Under the pieces are notes generated by a model, which saw only the letters and a program-made list of their open reading frames with translations, was not told where the DNA came from and made no database searches. Shown here in pieces: positions 12,550 through 23,530 of a DNA stretch of 64,000 nucleotides. Position 1 is the first letter of the stretch; every line of letters begins with the position of its first letter. The stretch lies in contig NC_043001.1 in NCBI RefSeq assembly GCF_006345805.1, forward strand, positions 26,660,001-26,724,000, written 5' to 3'. The translations under genes were made by a program, and so were the position numbers. Source of the stretch: Octopus sinensis (Eukaryota).

Positions 12550-15500
12550 AATGCACCCTTTTCCATTATTAATAAAACTGCTCGCGTTTTTGACAAGACA
12601 GGTATGCTAGTTTTAAAATAATTAAGAACAGATGATGGATACTAAAAGTAGCAAATTTAAAACAAAATTGCTTTGATTAGGACTTTCAGGTGTCTTTTTG
12701 AACCAGAATAAACCAGGCAAATGTCCAAGTTATATAAAATTAATTTTATGATGTATTTTACACCCACACATTAAATTTATATGTTTTCCCCATCCAGTAT
12801 GGGTTAGGCAGGATTTAAGGCAAATTTCTATAAGGTCTCCAAATTTTGAGAGATAAAGCGGCTGCATTTCAGGAATTTGAATGAGAGAGAATGCAATGTT
12901 ATTGTCTGTCTGCTCAAACAATATTGACCCTTTAACATTTAAAGTGGCCAAATCTAGCTCAAATATTCTGTTTTATGTTCAAACTGACCAGATCCACCCT
13001 CTCTTGACAATGTCATTCAAAAACACAATTACATCATTGAATTCTTAAAATTATGAGATAATGCATGATGAGTTCAAAAGAATGTAACTAAATAAGTATT
13101 ACATTTAATAAAATAATCTAAATTCTTAAGGGATAATGAAGACATGGGAATCAACATTCATATGCACAAACACTGAAGGTTATATAGTGGAAGACACTTG
13201 TCCAACAGTCAATGAGAGAACCCAGCATGCACAATTTGAGCTATTACTTCAAAACATCACTTAAAGCTGAGACAATATTAAGTTAATTGCTGTGTTCCTT
13301 GCAATGCTTAGCTGGATCCAATAGTGCCCATAATGCACACACACTCCATAGAATGCAATTCGCTTGTGTAGGCAAACACAAAAACAAATCCCATAAATAT
13401 GAGAACATCAGAACCCAATGCAATGAAGTAAACTTGCAAGCACAACAAAAAAATATTAATTCAATGACAACCATTTAAGATAATGGGTTACAGAAATTTA
13501 ACAAGGGTGAACTGATTTATCTCACCTGGTCTCCGGCACCAATATCTTCCTCACTTCTATTAATATGTACTCCTTGAGCAATTTCAGGATTTTGAGCCTC
13601 AACAGCCAATAAAACATTACAAGTTTTATAATCAAACCCTACAATAAATAAAAAAAAAATATTAACAGTAAATCATCATCATCATCGTTTAACGTCAGCT
13701 TTCCATGCTGGCATGGGTTGGACGGTTTGACTGAGGACTGGCGAGCCAGATGGCTGCACCAGGCTCCAATCTTATCTGGCAGAGTTTCTACAGCTTGATG
13801 CCCTTCCTAATGCCAACCACTCCGAGAGTGTAGGTAGTGGGTGCTTTTACGTGCCACCGGCATGAGGGCCAGTCAGGTGGTACTGGCAACAGCCATGCTC
13901 AAATGGTGTTTTTTATGTGCTACCTGCACAGGAGCCAGTCCAGTGGCACTGGCAACGACCCCAAAGACAACAAATTTTCAGCAATTTAATTTTTAGTAAT
14001 TAAAAGAAATCAGAAGCACTGTTCTAAGCAAAAAAGTACAAAGCACATCTGAGAAGCAATTATATTATGTACTCGAATCTTCAAGAACTAACCTTTAGAA
14101 GAGTCATCATAGCCAATACGCTTGATAGTGTCACGGATAACCTTTTGGTAATCAACTTTGGCATTAGATGTAATTTCACCACATACAAGAATCATTCCAG
14201 TTTTGGCTACACATTCACATGCAACCTTGGCATTTGGATCTTGCTCAAGATGAGCATCAAGGACTGCATCACTGATCTGATCACAGAGTTTGTCTGAAAT
14301 AGAAAAAAGTATAAAATTATGAAATTTTACCTGCAAGAAATTCAATTGCTGAATCATGCTGAACAGGTTTTAACCTAGAACACCTCATTTCTTTCATATA
14401 CAAAGGCATTCAGTTACTTTATGCCCTATAGTGAGTAACTTTATTGCTAATAAAATTTTACCTGCAAGAAATTCAATTACTGAATCATGCTGTGTGTACA
14501 TAGGAACAGGTTTTAACCTAGAACACCTCATTTCTTTGATATACAAAGGCATTCAGTTACTTTATGCCCTATAGTGAGTAACTTTATTGCTATAGTGGAT
14601 AACACAAACGTGCACTACTTCTATACTGACACTGCTGGTGGTACAAAGGCTAAATTGTTATCTAACCTGTTTGCATCAACTATTTTCCTTTTGTACCTCT
14701 AACCAACTTTTAACTAGTTCCTCACCTCCATAGTCATTATCCAGCCTTCTCCATCTCTTCTTCCTACCTAGACAAGGCAACCCATCAATGAACAACGTCT
14801 TCCAAAATCTATGGTACTTTGTATCAAACTGGTCACATCTCTACCAGTTCTACATTGACAAACCTTGGCAGGTGTTCTTCACCTTTGATCCCATCCAAAA
14901 CAATTAAGCATGTAATTGATACCACACTCCTAGTTATATCTCTCTGGAAATAAAGTCCACAACTCCGAAGAACATCAATTATAGCAGCTGAAATTTGTTC
15001 ACTTATTACAAGGCAAAACATTACAAACGCAAAAGATAACTGTGTGATATTCATGATACGAAAGCTGTTTCTCCTGAATTACAGCTGTGCTTCATCGTTC
15101 AATGCCAAGAGGGTCTGTAACAACTATTATAAACTATGGTCATTCAATAATCCTTTTACCAAACTATGTAGAATAATTTTTATTATTATTTTGTTTCTTA
15201 ATTTATGAAATAAACCAGCTAAGTATTATGGCTGATTCTTTCTGGAAAATGAGTATGTTGCGCTGAGAGCGCCATGGGAGATCACTCAGTATCGCTTTCT
15301 TTCGGATGAGGGCTGAGCTTAAAAGGATGCCAACACCTAACTTCGAATATAAAAAAGAAAAGAAAAGAAAAAGAATGCCCAAGGAATTCAGAGAATATTA
15401 GCGTTGCATAGCACGAAAAGGTTGATTAAAAAAAAATTTATTTTACAATTAGCAAGCATGATTGACATTTCATTTTCTGGGCCCTATGGAACAGAAAATA

Positions 15501-17955
15501 TTTAGATTGTTAGGGGTTGTTTTTCATGTAAAATTTGGATAGTAAATACTTTCATTCAGTACTGGAAACGAAGACGCACCGCAAAATCTTCACCTAGCAA
15601 ACAAAAATTACACGACAGACATGTAGACATGTACTAAAGTTATATAACACTGCTGAAATATGAAACGTAGAACCTCTAACCAAACTTGGAAGGTGGGGGC
15701 AAATGGATATACAGCAATCAAACCATCACATAACTAATAACAAAACAAAATCGCAAAAATGTCCGGTTGCGTCATTGTGGTGGTAAACAATTCTCCGTAA
15801 CTACAAGTTATTAACAGCAAAGTCTAAATCGAAATATATATATATATATGAAGGACCAGATGAGCTAACAGTGAGCAGGGTTTTAAATTCACATCAAAGT
15901 TATTTACAAATCAACAGCAATCACATTGTCGAAAAATCGAGGCCTTGAAGTCCACAATATTACAGATATTTCGCTCAGTGATACCAAGGTTGCAGAATAC
16001 TATATAGTAAACCATTTTCATAGCTTCGTATAGCTACCCCTATGGAATAAAGAAATTTAGAGTTCAGAAAATATAATAAATTTATTTTTAAAAAGAAATT
16101 GTAGTGCGGGAATAAAACACGAGAAATCAGAGACAATACGAATGCAAGCAAGCCAAACAAGACTGGCGATCTTTTATAATAATATCTTTTGTGGTAGTGG
16201 GGAGTAAGGATGATTTTGCGCAAGAACACTATTTTTCTACGTAAGAGTCAAGGGTAAGAACGGTGAAGCATCAGAATTGAAGCTTAAAATATTTAACCAG
16301 GTTTTTAATACCAAGGTAAAAACATGAAGGAATACGGTCAAGTATATTATTGGGACTTAATATACTGTCCTTAGAAGAAAAAAAAAAGTAAAATCGACTG
16401 AGCAGGACTCGAACACAATTAAGATACCATAAGGCATTCAGTTCAGTTCTCTATCCTCCAATACTAAGAGCAATTCATTATCACTTAGAGACACAAAGCT
16501 AACTGTCAGAAAGATTGTCTAGTTTCATTTACCCGTGGAAAATTAAACTTCCATTTGGATCAGAAGTATGAAAGAAGAAACATAATATCTATAATTTGGT
16601 GCGTTACTGCTCGTATTGCTTCACGGCATCATCACTGACATCAATTAGAGAAAGTTCATTAAAAAAAATGTTAGTTACGAAGGATATTTTGATCTAAAAT
16701 TTTAAAACTTCCATCATAATAAATTGATTATTTATCAATTTATTGTTACCATTCTGATAATGTTTCACTGTCCGAATATTTCTATACATTACAAGATGCA
16801 CGAAAGTTCTCGCATCTCGCATCTTGGATATCTCAAACGAATGTTATCCCTTTTTAGCAAATTACGTTTTGGATCATTGCAACACCAATTATAGTAAAAT
16901 TATATAGATATGATTTTAAAAAAAAATAAATAAAACCACATCTAGAGAAAGATAATTTTTTTCATGGAAATGAAGAGGACTTAAAGCTAAAATTATTTAA
17001 GGTAGCTGAAGTTAGAAGTTAAGTACATAAAATAGTTAAGGAACTAATAATGAATAATAATGCTGAAGTTACAGCAGCCGAAACAAAGCCATCATCGGAA
17101 AGTAACAAACAGCTAAAATATGTAGAATACACAAAGAGATATGTTACGAAATAGAATCTTCCATGAAAGTAGGTATCGATAAATATAGCGAGAGAGAAAT
17201 ATATAAGCAGACAGAAGGAAACATAAACAAAGGAAATAGTTCAGCTGTTATATCCACGTGTTCGATATTATGCTGATAGGAGTTTGTGCGTTCAAATAAC
17301 AACAATTTGTTATGTAAACAATGACAACACTTGCCGATCACTGAATGCAATTAACATTTTAGCAGTTTGACGACAGAGTCGTTCTCCATGTGCGAGAAAG
17401 CATCATGAAGCGGGAATACAATATATAAAGGAATTGAAGTGATCGACATTAAATACCTCGAAACAAGCAAAGTTACGAGATATTGACGGTCTGACAACAA
17501 AGGAAAAGTTGTTTTTTTAAAATTTCTGATTAATTAAATCGCATCGAAAATAAACTAGCAACAAACAGTCACGTGGAAAGAAATCGGGGGAAAAAAAACC
17601 GGCTTCCAGAAAGCAGGAATGTTTTCCCTTCATAATAAGCTATACCAAACAACTGAAATAGGATCGTAGCAAAACAAACGTGCACAAATTAGATAATCAT
17701 AGATAATCAGAAGACAGAGTAAGTATAAAGCCCTCGTTGAATCAGAATGACAATCAAGCTATAAAACATAACTGATGTTATGTTTCATACAGAGTAGCTT
17801 ATGTATGAAAAAGAAAAAACACTTCAAAAAAGTAGTATTTTACCTGGATGGCCTTCTCCAACTGATTCCGATGTGAACAAGAATGTGTTGTTTTCATAAT
17901 CAGCTATATTCTTGTCCAAATCTTCATAATGGTTACCGTTGGTATTTGCTGCCAT
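1527..17955 (-). CDS. MAT2A: S-adenosylmethionine synthase (methionine adenosyltransferase; MAT2A/SAMS/metK family), complete 8-exon gene, 402 aa
   Basis: Exons join in frame: 112+201+113+144+219+183+134+103 = 1209 nt. All introns are GT-AG. Hallmark motifs: [40 protein letters not shown]. Exact paralog assignment (MAT1/MAT2-like) not testable here. Confidence 0.97.
1757..1890 (-). CDS. MAT2A: MAT exon 7 ([45 protein letters not shown])
   Basis: Translated by hand; acceptor ccttcag|ATT, phase-2 donor AG|GTAAGT. Confidence 0.96.
1985..2775 (+). mobile_element. Helitron 5' fragment, split by an inverted segment and a SINE
   Basis: Starts A|TCTAATATATAAATC like the copy at 3214. 2700-2775 matches 3286-3355. 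Confidence 0.65.
2227..2613 (+). mobile_element. SINE family A (RTE-type 3' tail, internal GTGCC-NNN-GGCAC modules, (GAT)n end)
   Basis: Shares GGTTGGCGTTAGGAAGGGCATCCAGC...CGTTAAAC(GAT)n with many other copies in the window. Confidence 0.8.
3214..4119 (+). mobile_element. Internally deleted Helitron with a RepHel N-terminal remnant
   Basis: 5' A|TC; 3' hairpin CCCGAGCAACGCCGGG then CTAG|T at 4116-4120. Frameshifted [20 protein letters not shown]...[17 protein letters not shown]...[15 protein letters not shown]. Confidence 0.88.
4608..4900 (+). mobile_element. SINE family A
   Basis: Same core and (GAT)n tail as 2227-2613. Confidence 0.8.
5190..5411. mobile_element. TTAA-flanked MITE (piggyBac-type ends)
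   Basis: TTAA|CCCTTTT...GAAAGGG|TTAA; homologous copies at 5955-6174 and 55381-55652. Confidence 0.8.
5422..5604 (-). CDS. MAT2A: MAT exon 6 ([30 protein letters not shown]...KRVLVQ)
   Basis: Acceptor tttcag|GGT, donor CAG|GTTAGT; 183 nt; contains the glycine-rich MAT signature. Confidence 0.97.
5955..6174. mobile_element. TTAA-flanked MITE (same family)
   Basis: TTAA at 5951-54 and 6175-78; internal sequence aligns with 5190-5411. Confidence 0.8.
6568..6786 (-). CDS. MAT2A: MAT exon 5 ([10 protein letters not shown]...NFILGGPI)
   Basis: Acceptor tttcag|GTG, donor ATT|GTAAGT; 219 nt. Confidence 0.95.
7029..7222. repeat. Tandem duplication, 2 x ~96 bp
   Basis: TTCAG(C/T)CATGTTAGTATTTC...GTTGAATGC repeated at 7029 and 7125. 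Confidence 0.9.
7690..8090 (-). mobile_element. tRNA-derived SINE family C fragments
   Basis: GGAATTTGAACTCAGAA (reverse-complement B box) and AAAGGCAAAGTCGACC-like core, as at 10660, 35430 and 57690. Confidence 0.65.
8109..8252 (-). CDS. MAT2A: MAT exon 4 ([17 protein letters not shown]...[10 protein letters not shown])
   Basis: Acceptor cttcag|GG, donor CAA|GTAAGT; 144 nt. Confidence 0.96.
9785..10258 (+). repeat. Tandem duplication, 2 x 238 bp, of a SINE-B 3' part; each unit has a nested 46-bp duplication
   Basis: GTTCCCTACC at 9791 and 10029; GACTAAAACC...GTTGAAT at 9917 and 9963. Confidence 0.9.
10660..10855 (-). mobile_element. tRNA-derived SINE family C
   Basis: Core and B-box-like head shared with the other C copies. 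Confidence 0.7.
13526..13638 (-). CDS. MAT2A: MAT exon 3 ([38 protein letters not shown])
   Basis: Translated by hand (not in the ORF track); acceptor ttgtag|GG, donor CAG|GTGAGA. Confidence 0.96.
13674..13965 (-). mobile_element. SINE family A in MAT intron 2
   Basis: (CAT)n then GTTTAACGTC...GATGCCCTTCCTAATGCCAACC: reverse orientation relative to 2227 and 4608. Confidence 0.8.
14093..14293 (-). CDS. MAT2A: MAT exon 2 ([33 protein letters not shown]...GYDDSSK)
   Basis: Acceptor tttcag|AC, donor G|GTTAGT; matches ORF 14088..14357. Confidence 0.96.
14317..14592. repeat. Tandem duplication, 2 x ~135-140 bp, near the exon 2 acceptor
   Basis: AAATTTTACCTGCAAGAAATTC...GTAACTTTATTGCTA occurs twice; the second copy has a short insertion. 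Confidence 0.9.
17844..17955 (-). CDS. MAT2A: MAT exon 1 ([37 protein letters not shown])
   Basis: ATG at 17955-17953 in context AAAATGG; phase-1 donor G|GTAAAA. Confidence 0.93.
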
Positions 17956-18020
17956 TTTGATATAAGCGTCCTTCCCTAGGAGTTAGAGTGGAAAAGAGGC
18001 CGATTAATCGCTTACAGGGC

Positions 18021-18028
18021 CTTATATA
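18021..18028 (-). promoter_or_regulatory. TATA box (TATATAAG) of MAT promoter
   Basis: 66 nt upstream of the ATG, implying a TSS near 17995 and a short 5'UTR. Confidence 0.6.
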
Positions 18029-18064
18029 TATATATCGTAGACCATGTGATTTCAAAACAATCTA

Positions 18065-18073
18065 TGATTGGCT
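18065..18073 (-). promoter_or_regulatory. CCAAT box (AGCCAATCA, NF-Y consensus)
   Basis: Full match to RRCCAATCR, about 40 nt upstream of the TATA box. Confidence 0.65.
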
Positions 18074-19371
18074 GATGTTAGCAAGATGGTTTCTCTTAGA
18101 ATACTCCGAAGATAGGTATGAAAGATAACAGATTACGTAAAATTATAGAAGTATTTTACTTGTTTATGTAATACAATACTCAAATACAAAAGTTTAAGTA
18201 CGAATAATATCTTGTTTAGTAACAATTTTAGGCGTCGAATGATCTGTAGAAATTTCTAATGAAAAACATCATAAATTGATCACCCCTTTTTAGAAAATTA
18301 TCTAATATTCCTTGTTATGTTTGTGATTAATCATTTCTAACTTATGTCATTTTAACTATTCTGGAAATTAATAACTGGGTAAAGGTACTTGGACTTAGAT
18401 GACATTACGAATGAATAAAAGAGGGGGAAAAAATAATTTCATTAAAGATCTGAATGTAAAATTTAGTTTGTATTGAAATAAAAAATTATTTTAGACCCAA
18501 AATCAAGTATTTTTACTTGAGGTTTCATACTTAATAAATATTTTTTTTTATCTGGAATTTGCTAGGACGTAAAGTTTTTCAATTCTATATGTATTTAAAC
18601 GTGACTGTTTAAACTTTTTTTTAATCAATTGAAAAAAATAAATAAATAAAAACACCAAAAAATGTGTTATAATTTTTATATAATTATTTTATCAGGAAAG
18701 TAATGATTTTATTTAAAGTATCAATTTCCATGAAGGAGAGATGGTCAACTGAATTGACCAAATATATTTATAGAATTTAACTCATTTGTTTCAACAAGGC
18801 ACCATCATAAAATATAATGCTCATTAGATTCAACTATACCTTAAAATATTTAATTGTTTTGCTTTACAATATTTTATCACATTCCTCTTAGGGGGCCTCC
18901 TCATGGTCTTTTTATTGGCTAGAAATAACATATAATCCTCCCCAAATCCTGCCTAACAGTCTTACATTATTTAGTAATGTGATTGAATAGTTGATAAAAT
19001 GGTCACAGCTAGAATGAATTTGTTTATAAGTCTGTTTGGTTATGGGTAATTCAAAGTTAATTACCATATATAAGGTGTACTAAACATCTGATAATGCTAC
19101 TTTGACTATTATAGTAATGCATTGCTATGTTGTGCTAGAACAAAAAGTGAAAGAGAAACCAAAACTCCAAGGTATTCAAAAATGGTAAGATTTATAGTTT
19201 AAAAGTTTCAAGAGAAAGAAAAGATAATCTAATATTACCACATCTTAATTTGCTAAGATTGATCTAGAAACTAATTTTAATTAAGCTACTGTAAGCTCAG
19301 ATATGTACTTTCAGTCATATGAGTAAGCTTCTTACTCTTCACTCTGTCAAAGTTGGAATCATTTTATAACA

Positions 19372-19970
19372 TCATAATCATCATCATCATTGTTTAGCAT
19401 CCGCTTTCCATGCTGGCATGGGTTGGACGGTGCAACTCGGGTCTGGGAAGCCAGAAGGCTGCACCAGGCCCAGTCTGATCTGGCAGTGTTTCTACGGCTG
19501 GATGCCCTTCCTAACGCCAACCACTCCATGAGTGTAGTGGGTGCTTTTATGTGCCATCGGAACAGGTGCCAGACAAGGCTGGCAAATGGCCACGATCGGA
19601 TGGTGCTTTTTACGGAGGCCAGGCAAGGCTGGCAACGGCCACAACTGGATGGTGTTTTTTACGTGCCACTGGCACGGAAGCCAGTCAGGGCGGCGCTGGC
19701 AACGGCCACGTTCGGATGGTTCTCTTATGTGCCACCGGAACTGGTATCACAGCTACAATTTCCCATCTGCTTTCCATGCTAGCATGGGTTGGACAATTTG
19801 ACTGAGGACTGGCGAATCAGATGGCTGCACCAGGCTCCAATCTTGATCTGGTAGAGTTTCTACAGCTGGATGCCCTTCCCAACGCCAACCACTCCGAGAG
19901 TGTAGTGGGTGCTTTTATGCGCCACCGGCATGGGGGCCAGTCGGACGGTACTGGCAACGACATATCTTAA
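19372..19970 (-). mobile_element. Two adjacent SINE family A copies
   Basis: Two CCATGCT(G/A)GCATGGGTTGGAC starts, at ~19410 and ~19775. Confidence 0.8.
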
Positions 19971-21354
19971 AAAGTTACTAAGTAAAGAGTTTATTTATGA
20001 ATAATTTCATAATAAATTCTAATGGAATTGAGTTTCTAAATGTTAGTACTATGATTCCCAATGGTTATGCTGTATTGAATAATGTTATACTGATAGTTTA
20101 TTAATCATCATCATCAACATTATTTAATATTTGTTTTCCCTGCTGGCATGTTTGACAGGGATCTGGCAAGCCACATGGCCATGTTGAACTCCAATATTTG
20201 CTTTGGCATGATTTCTAAAGCTAGATGCCCTTCCTAATGCCAACCACTTCACAGCATGGCAGGGTGCTTCTTTTTGTGCCACAGGCACTAGTGAGGTTGC
20301 TGAGTGACTTGCAAGACAAAGAAAGAACAAGAAGGAAAAAGGAAAAAGCTTCCTCAAGCAAATGAAATAGAGAGAGGAGAGGCAATGGTTCTATGCCAGA
20401 TGTTGAGAGCTTGAAGTATGAAAGAGAGATAAGTTCAGGTATCTTGCTTAAGAGGAGATACAAGGCTACCCTACATTATATAAAGACGAGTGAAATGAAT
20501 AAATATATAGATTTTTCCGCGCTCTCTCTCATTTTTACCTCTCTATCAAAACCAGATTATTTCCTACATCAAGTTATATAATAGTTTCAAATTTTGGCTC
20601 AAGGCCACCAATTTTAGAGGAGGTTAAGTCGATTACATTGACCCCAGTTCTCAATTGATACCTGTTTTTATCAACCCTCAAAGGAAGAAAGGCAAAGTCG
20701 ACTTTGGCAGCATTTGAACTTAGGACATAAAACTGGCAGAAATGCCACTCAACATTTTATCTGACATGTTAACGACTCTGCCACTTTGCTGCCTTTATCA
20801 GGTTAAATAAAACTCATCAAATAAATTCTATATTCTACTTTATAAACTGAACATTTTTGTTAAGGATTAATTTTATTTCCCCCTATAATAATATAATACA
20901 TAGTTTATTAATTCCTTTTCAATTTGAATGATAAATCAGTTTCAAAATTCCAGTTGTTAAGAAAAATAAAAGGACTTTTATGAATATTTATTGTTAAATA
21001 GTTAGAAATTTTGGTACACTGAGCACTGTATACAATACTTTCATAATTATTATCATTTTTTATTATTAATACTGACAAAGCCTTTTAATGTAAGCCCATA
21101 TATGTAGTTTGAATTTTGTAAATAGATCTATTGCACTTTTCTGCTTCAAAACAGAAATCATGTGCATATTAATATGCTAAGGCCGAAATGCATTACACAG
21201 TCACATGATTAGTTGAAAGGAAAGGTGAGGAACAATAAAAAAAAAGGGAGAGAGAAGTGTCAACTACATGAAGAAGAAAGAATGTGATATTTATTACTTG
21301 GTTGAAGTGTTAGTTGAAGTGAGTGTTATAGAGAAAGAGAGTTAGAAAGTGGTA

Positions 21355-22176
21355 AGCTGGCACAAACGCTAGCATACCTGGGTACAATGCTTTGTGGTAT
21401 TTTGTCTGTCTTTACATTCTGAGTTCAAATTCTGCTGAGGTCGACTTTGCCTTTCATCCTTTCGGGGGTCAATAAAACTGAAACAAGCCTGTTGTATACA
21501 AATATATATCTATGTGTTTGTCTCCCACCACTGCTTGGCAACCAGTGTTGGTGTGTTTATGTCCCAGTAACTTAGTGGTTTGGCAAAAGAGACTGATAAA
21601 ATAAGTACTAGGTTTAAAGAAAGAAAGAGTCCTGGGGTCAATTTGTTCAACCAAAAGACTCTGTTTTACTTGTTCCAGTCATGTGACTGCGGCCATGCTG
21701 GAGCACTGCAGTTGGTCAAAGAAATCAACCACAGGATTTATTCTTTGTAAGCCTAGTACTCATTCTGTCAGTGTCTTTTACCAAACCGCTAAGTTACGGG
21801 AATGTAAACACAGCAACATCAGTTGTCAAGCAATGGTGGGGATACAAACACAAGACACGCACACACATATATACAACAGTATTCTTTCAGTTTCTGAGTA
21901 TGAAATCCACTCACAAGGTTTTGGTTGGCCTGAGTCTATAATAAGTATATATATATCATCATCATCATCGTTTAACGTCCGCTTTCCATGCTAGCATGGG
22001 TTGGATGATTTGACTGAGGACTGGCGAACCAGATGGTTGCATCAGGCTCCAATCTGATCTGGCAGAGTTTCTACAGCTGGATGCCCTTCCTAACGCCAAC
22101 CACTCTGAGAGTGTAGTAGGTGCTTTTATGTGCCACCGGAACGGGGGCCAGTCAGGCAGTACCGGTGGCACGTAAA

Positions 22177-22208
<32 letters not shown>

Positions 22209-22595
22209 TACTTGTTTCAGTCATTTGACTGTGGCCATGCTGGAGCACCGCTTTTATTTGAGCAAATCGACCTCAGGACTTATTCGTTGTGAGCCTAGTA
22301 CTTATTCTATCGGTCTCTTTTGCTGAAATTATGGGGACACATAATTATGTGTTATGGGGACACAAACACACCAGCATCGGTTGTCAAGCGATGTTGGGGG
22401 GGCAAACACAGACACACAAACATATACATACACATACATATATATATACATATATATGACAGGCTTCTTTCAGTTTCCGTCTACCAAATCCACTCGGCAT
22501 GAGGCTATAGTAGAAGACACTTGCTCAAGGTGCCATGTAGTGGGAATGAACCCAGAACCATGTGGTTGGTAAGCAAACTACTTACCACACAGCCA
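21355..22595. mobile_element. Cluster of SINE C (+), SINE B (+/-) and SINE A (-) fragments
   Basis: Each segment matches copies elsewhere in the window (38100-38960, 40155, 13674). Confidence 0.7.
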
Positions 22596-22603
22596 TATAT
22601 AAT

Positions 22604-22635
<32 letters not shown>

Positions 22636-23470
22636 GTAGCTGACATACCCGGTAAATCTTGGGAAAGCAGGCTTATCCCTTGGTTCTGTTCTGTTTTGCT
22701 AATCCAGTAACAACAATACAAAGTATGTAGCCCTTCAAATGGTTTTTGTATATTTATTGACAATACCGAACTGTCTTACACAGGATCTTTTTTAGGAATT
22801 TTTAGGAATTCCCAATAAGTTATGAATACCCAAATTGTGAAGTCAGTTATGTAATAACATCAAATTAATTACCCAATAGTAAGAATTCAAATAAAGTAGC
22901 TCTGAAAAGGGCTTTAATATGTTCCAAGAGTATATAGATTTTAGGAGGAAATACTAATAAGGCATGTATACTAAAATCATGAAACATGTTACGTAATAGC
23001 AGGTTAATCAGATATGAGATGATAACAATTCAAAGTTATTAACTATGAAAAAAACTTTTGTGCGTACCCAGAGAATATTACCCTCAGCAATGCTAGTGTT
23101 GGTATATTCATGAATAAGTCACTAACCGAAATAAGTGGATCTATTGTTTAGGAGAATACTATTTACTTGTTTAAGCGTTGTATTGGATAAATTGAGAAAA
23201 TAAGTAACATAGTTCAAATACTAAGAAATAAGTATACTGAAAATGAATGGGTTATTTCCCTTGGAAGCTTAAAAATAATCACTCCCAAATGTTATTCTTC
23301 CCGCCGTTTACCTGAACATTTTTCAAAATCAATTTATACTTAAAACCTCCCCAGACACATAAGCAATGTGCGTGTGAAGTTTAAGAAAACTCGATCGAGC
23401 CATTTTGACACAAAACGAGGACATACCCATACACACACACACACACACAGATATTTTCAGTTTTAATATG
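22636..23470 (-). mobile_element. Non-autonomous Helitron-like element
   Basis: Degenerate 3' end (reverse complement CCCAAG..CCGGGTATGTCAGCTA). 5' end ATATTAAAACTGAAAATATCTG(TG)n next to (TA)n. Confidence 0.5.
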
Positions 23471-23480
23471 TAATATATAT

Positions 23481-23530
<50 letters not shown>

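Noticed and set aside
13298-13309. 12-mer CCTTGCAATGCT shared with the 3'UTR hairpin (854-865)
   Set aside because: Same orientation, and a single 12-mer match over ~17 kb is plausible by chance.
8253-13525. Mutually exclusive duplicate of the GFD...GAGDQ exon, as I recall for insect SAM synthases
   Set aside because: No second copy with intact motif and splice sites was found. The CAAATTCCTGAAATG resemblance at ~12865 has no open exon around it.
14424-14436. CCCTATAGTGAGT resembling a T7 promoter (vector contamination)
   Set aside because: Partial match only, embedded twice in a genomic tandem duplication, with no other vector sequence.
15110-15125. TTACAG|ACCC as an m6A-type 3' splice site
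   Set aside because: It matches only UACAGA, has no polypyrimidine tract, and no convincing enclosing stem.
16390-16500. tRNA gene (B box GTTCGAGTCC on the minus strand)
   Set aside because: No cloverleaf or acceptor stem; at most a decayed tRNA-derived SINE head.
17568-17575. GTCACGTG E-box in intron 1 (Cbf1/USF/TFE-type)
   Set aside because: A single 8-mer without conservation data is not evidence of regulation.
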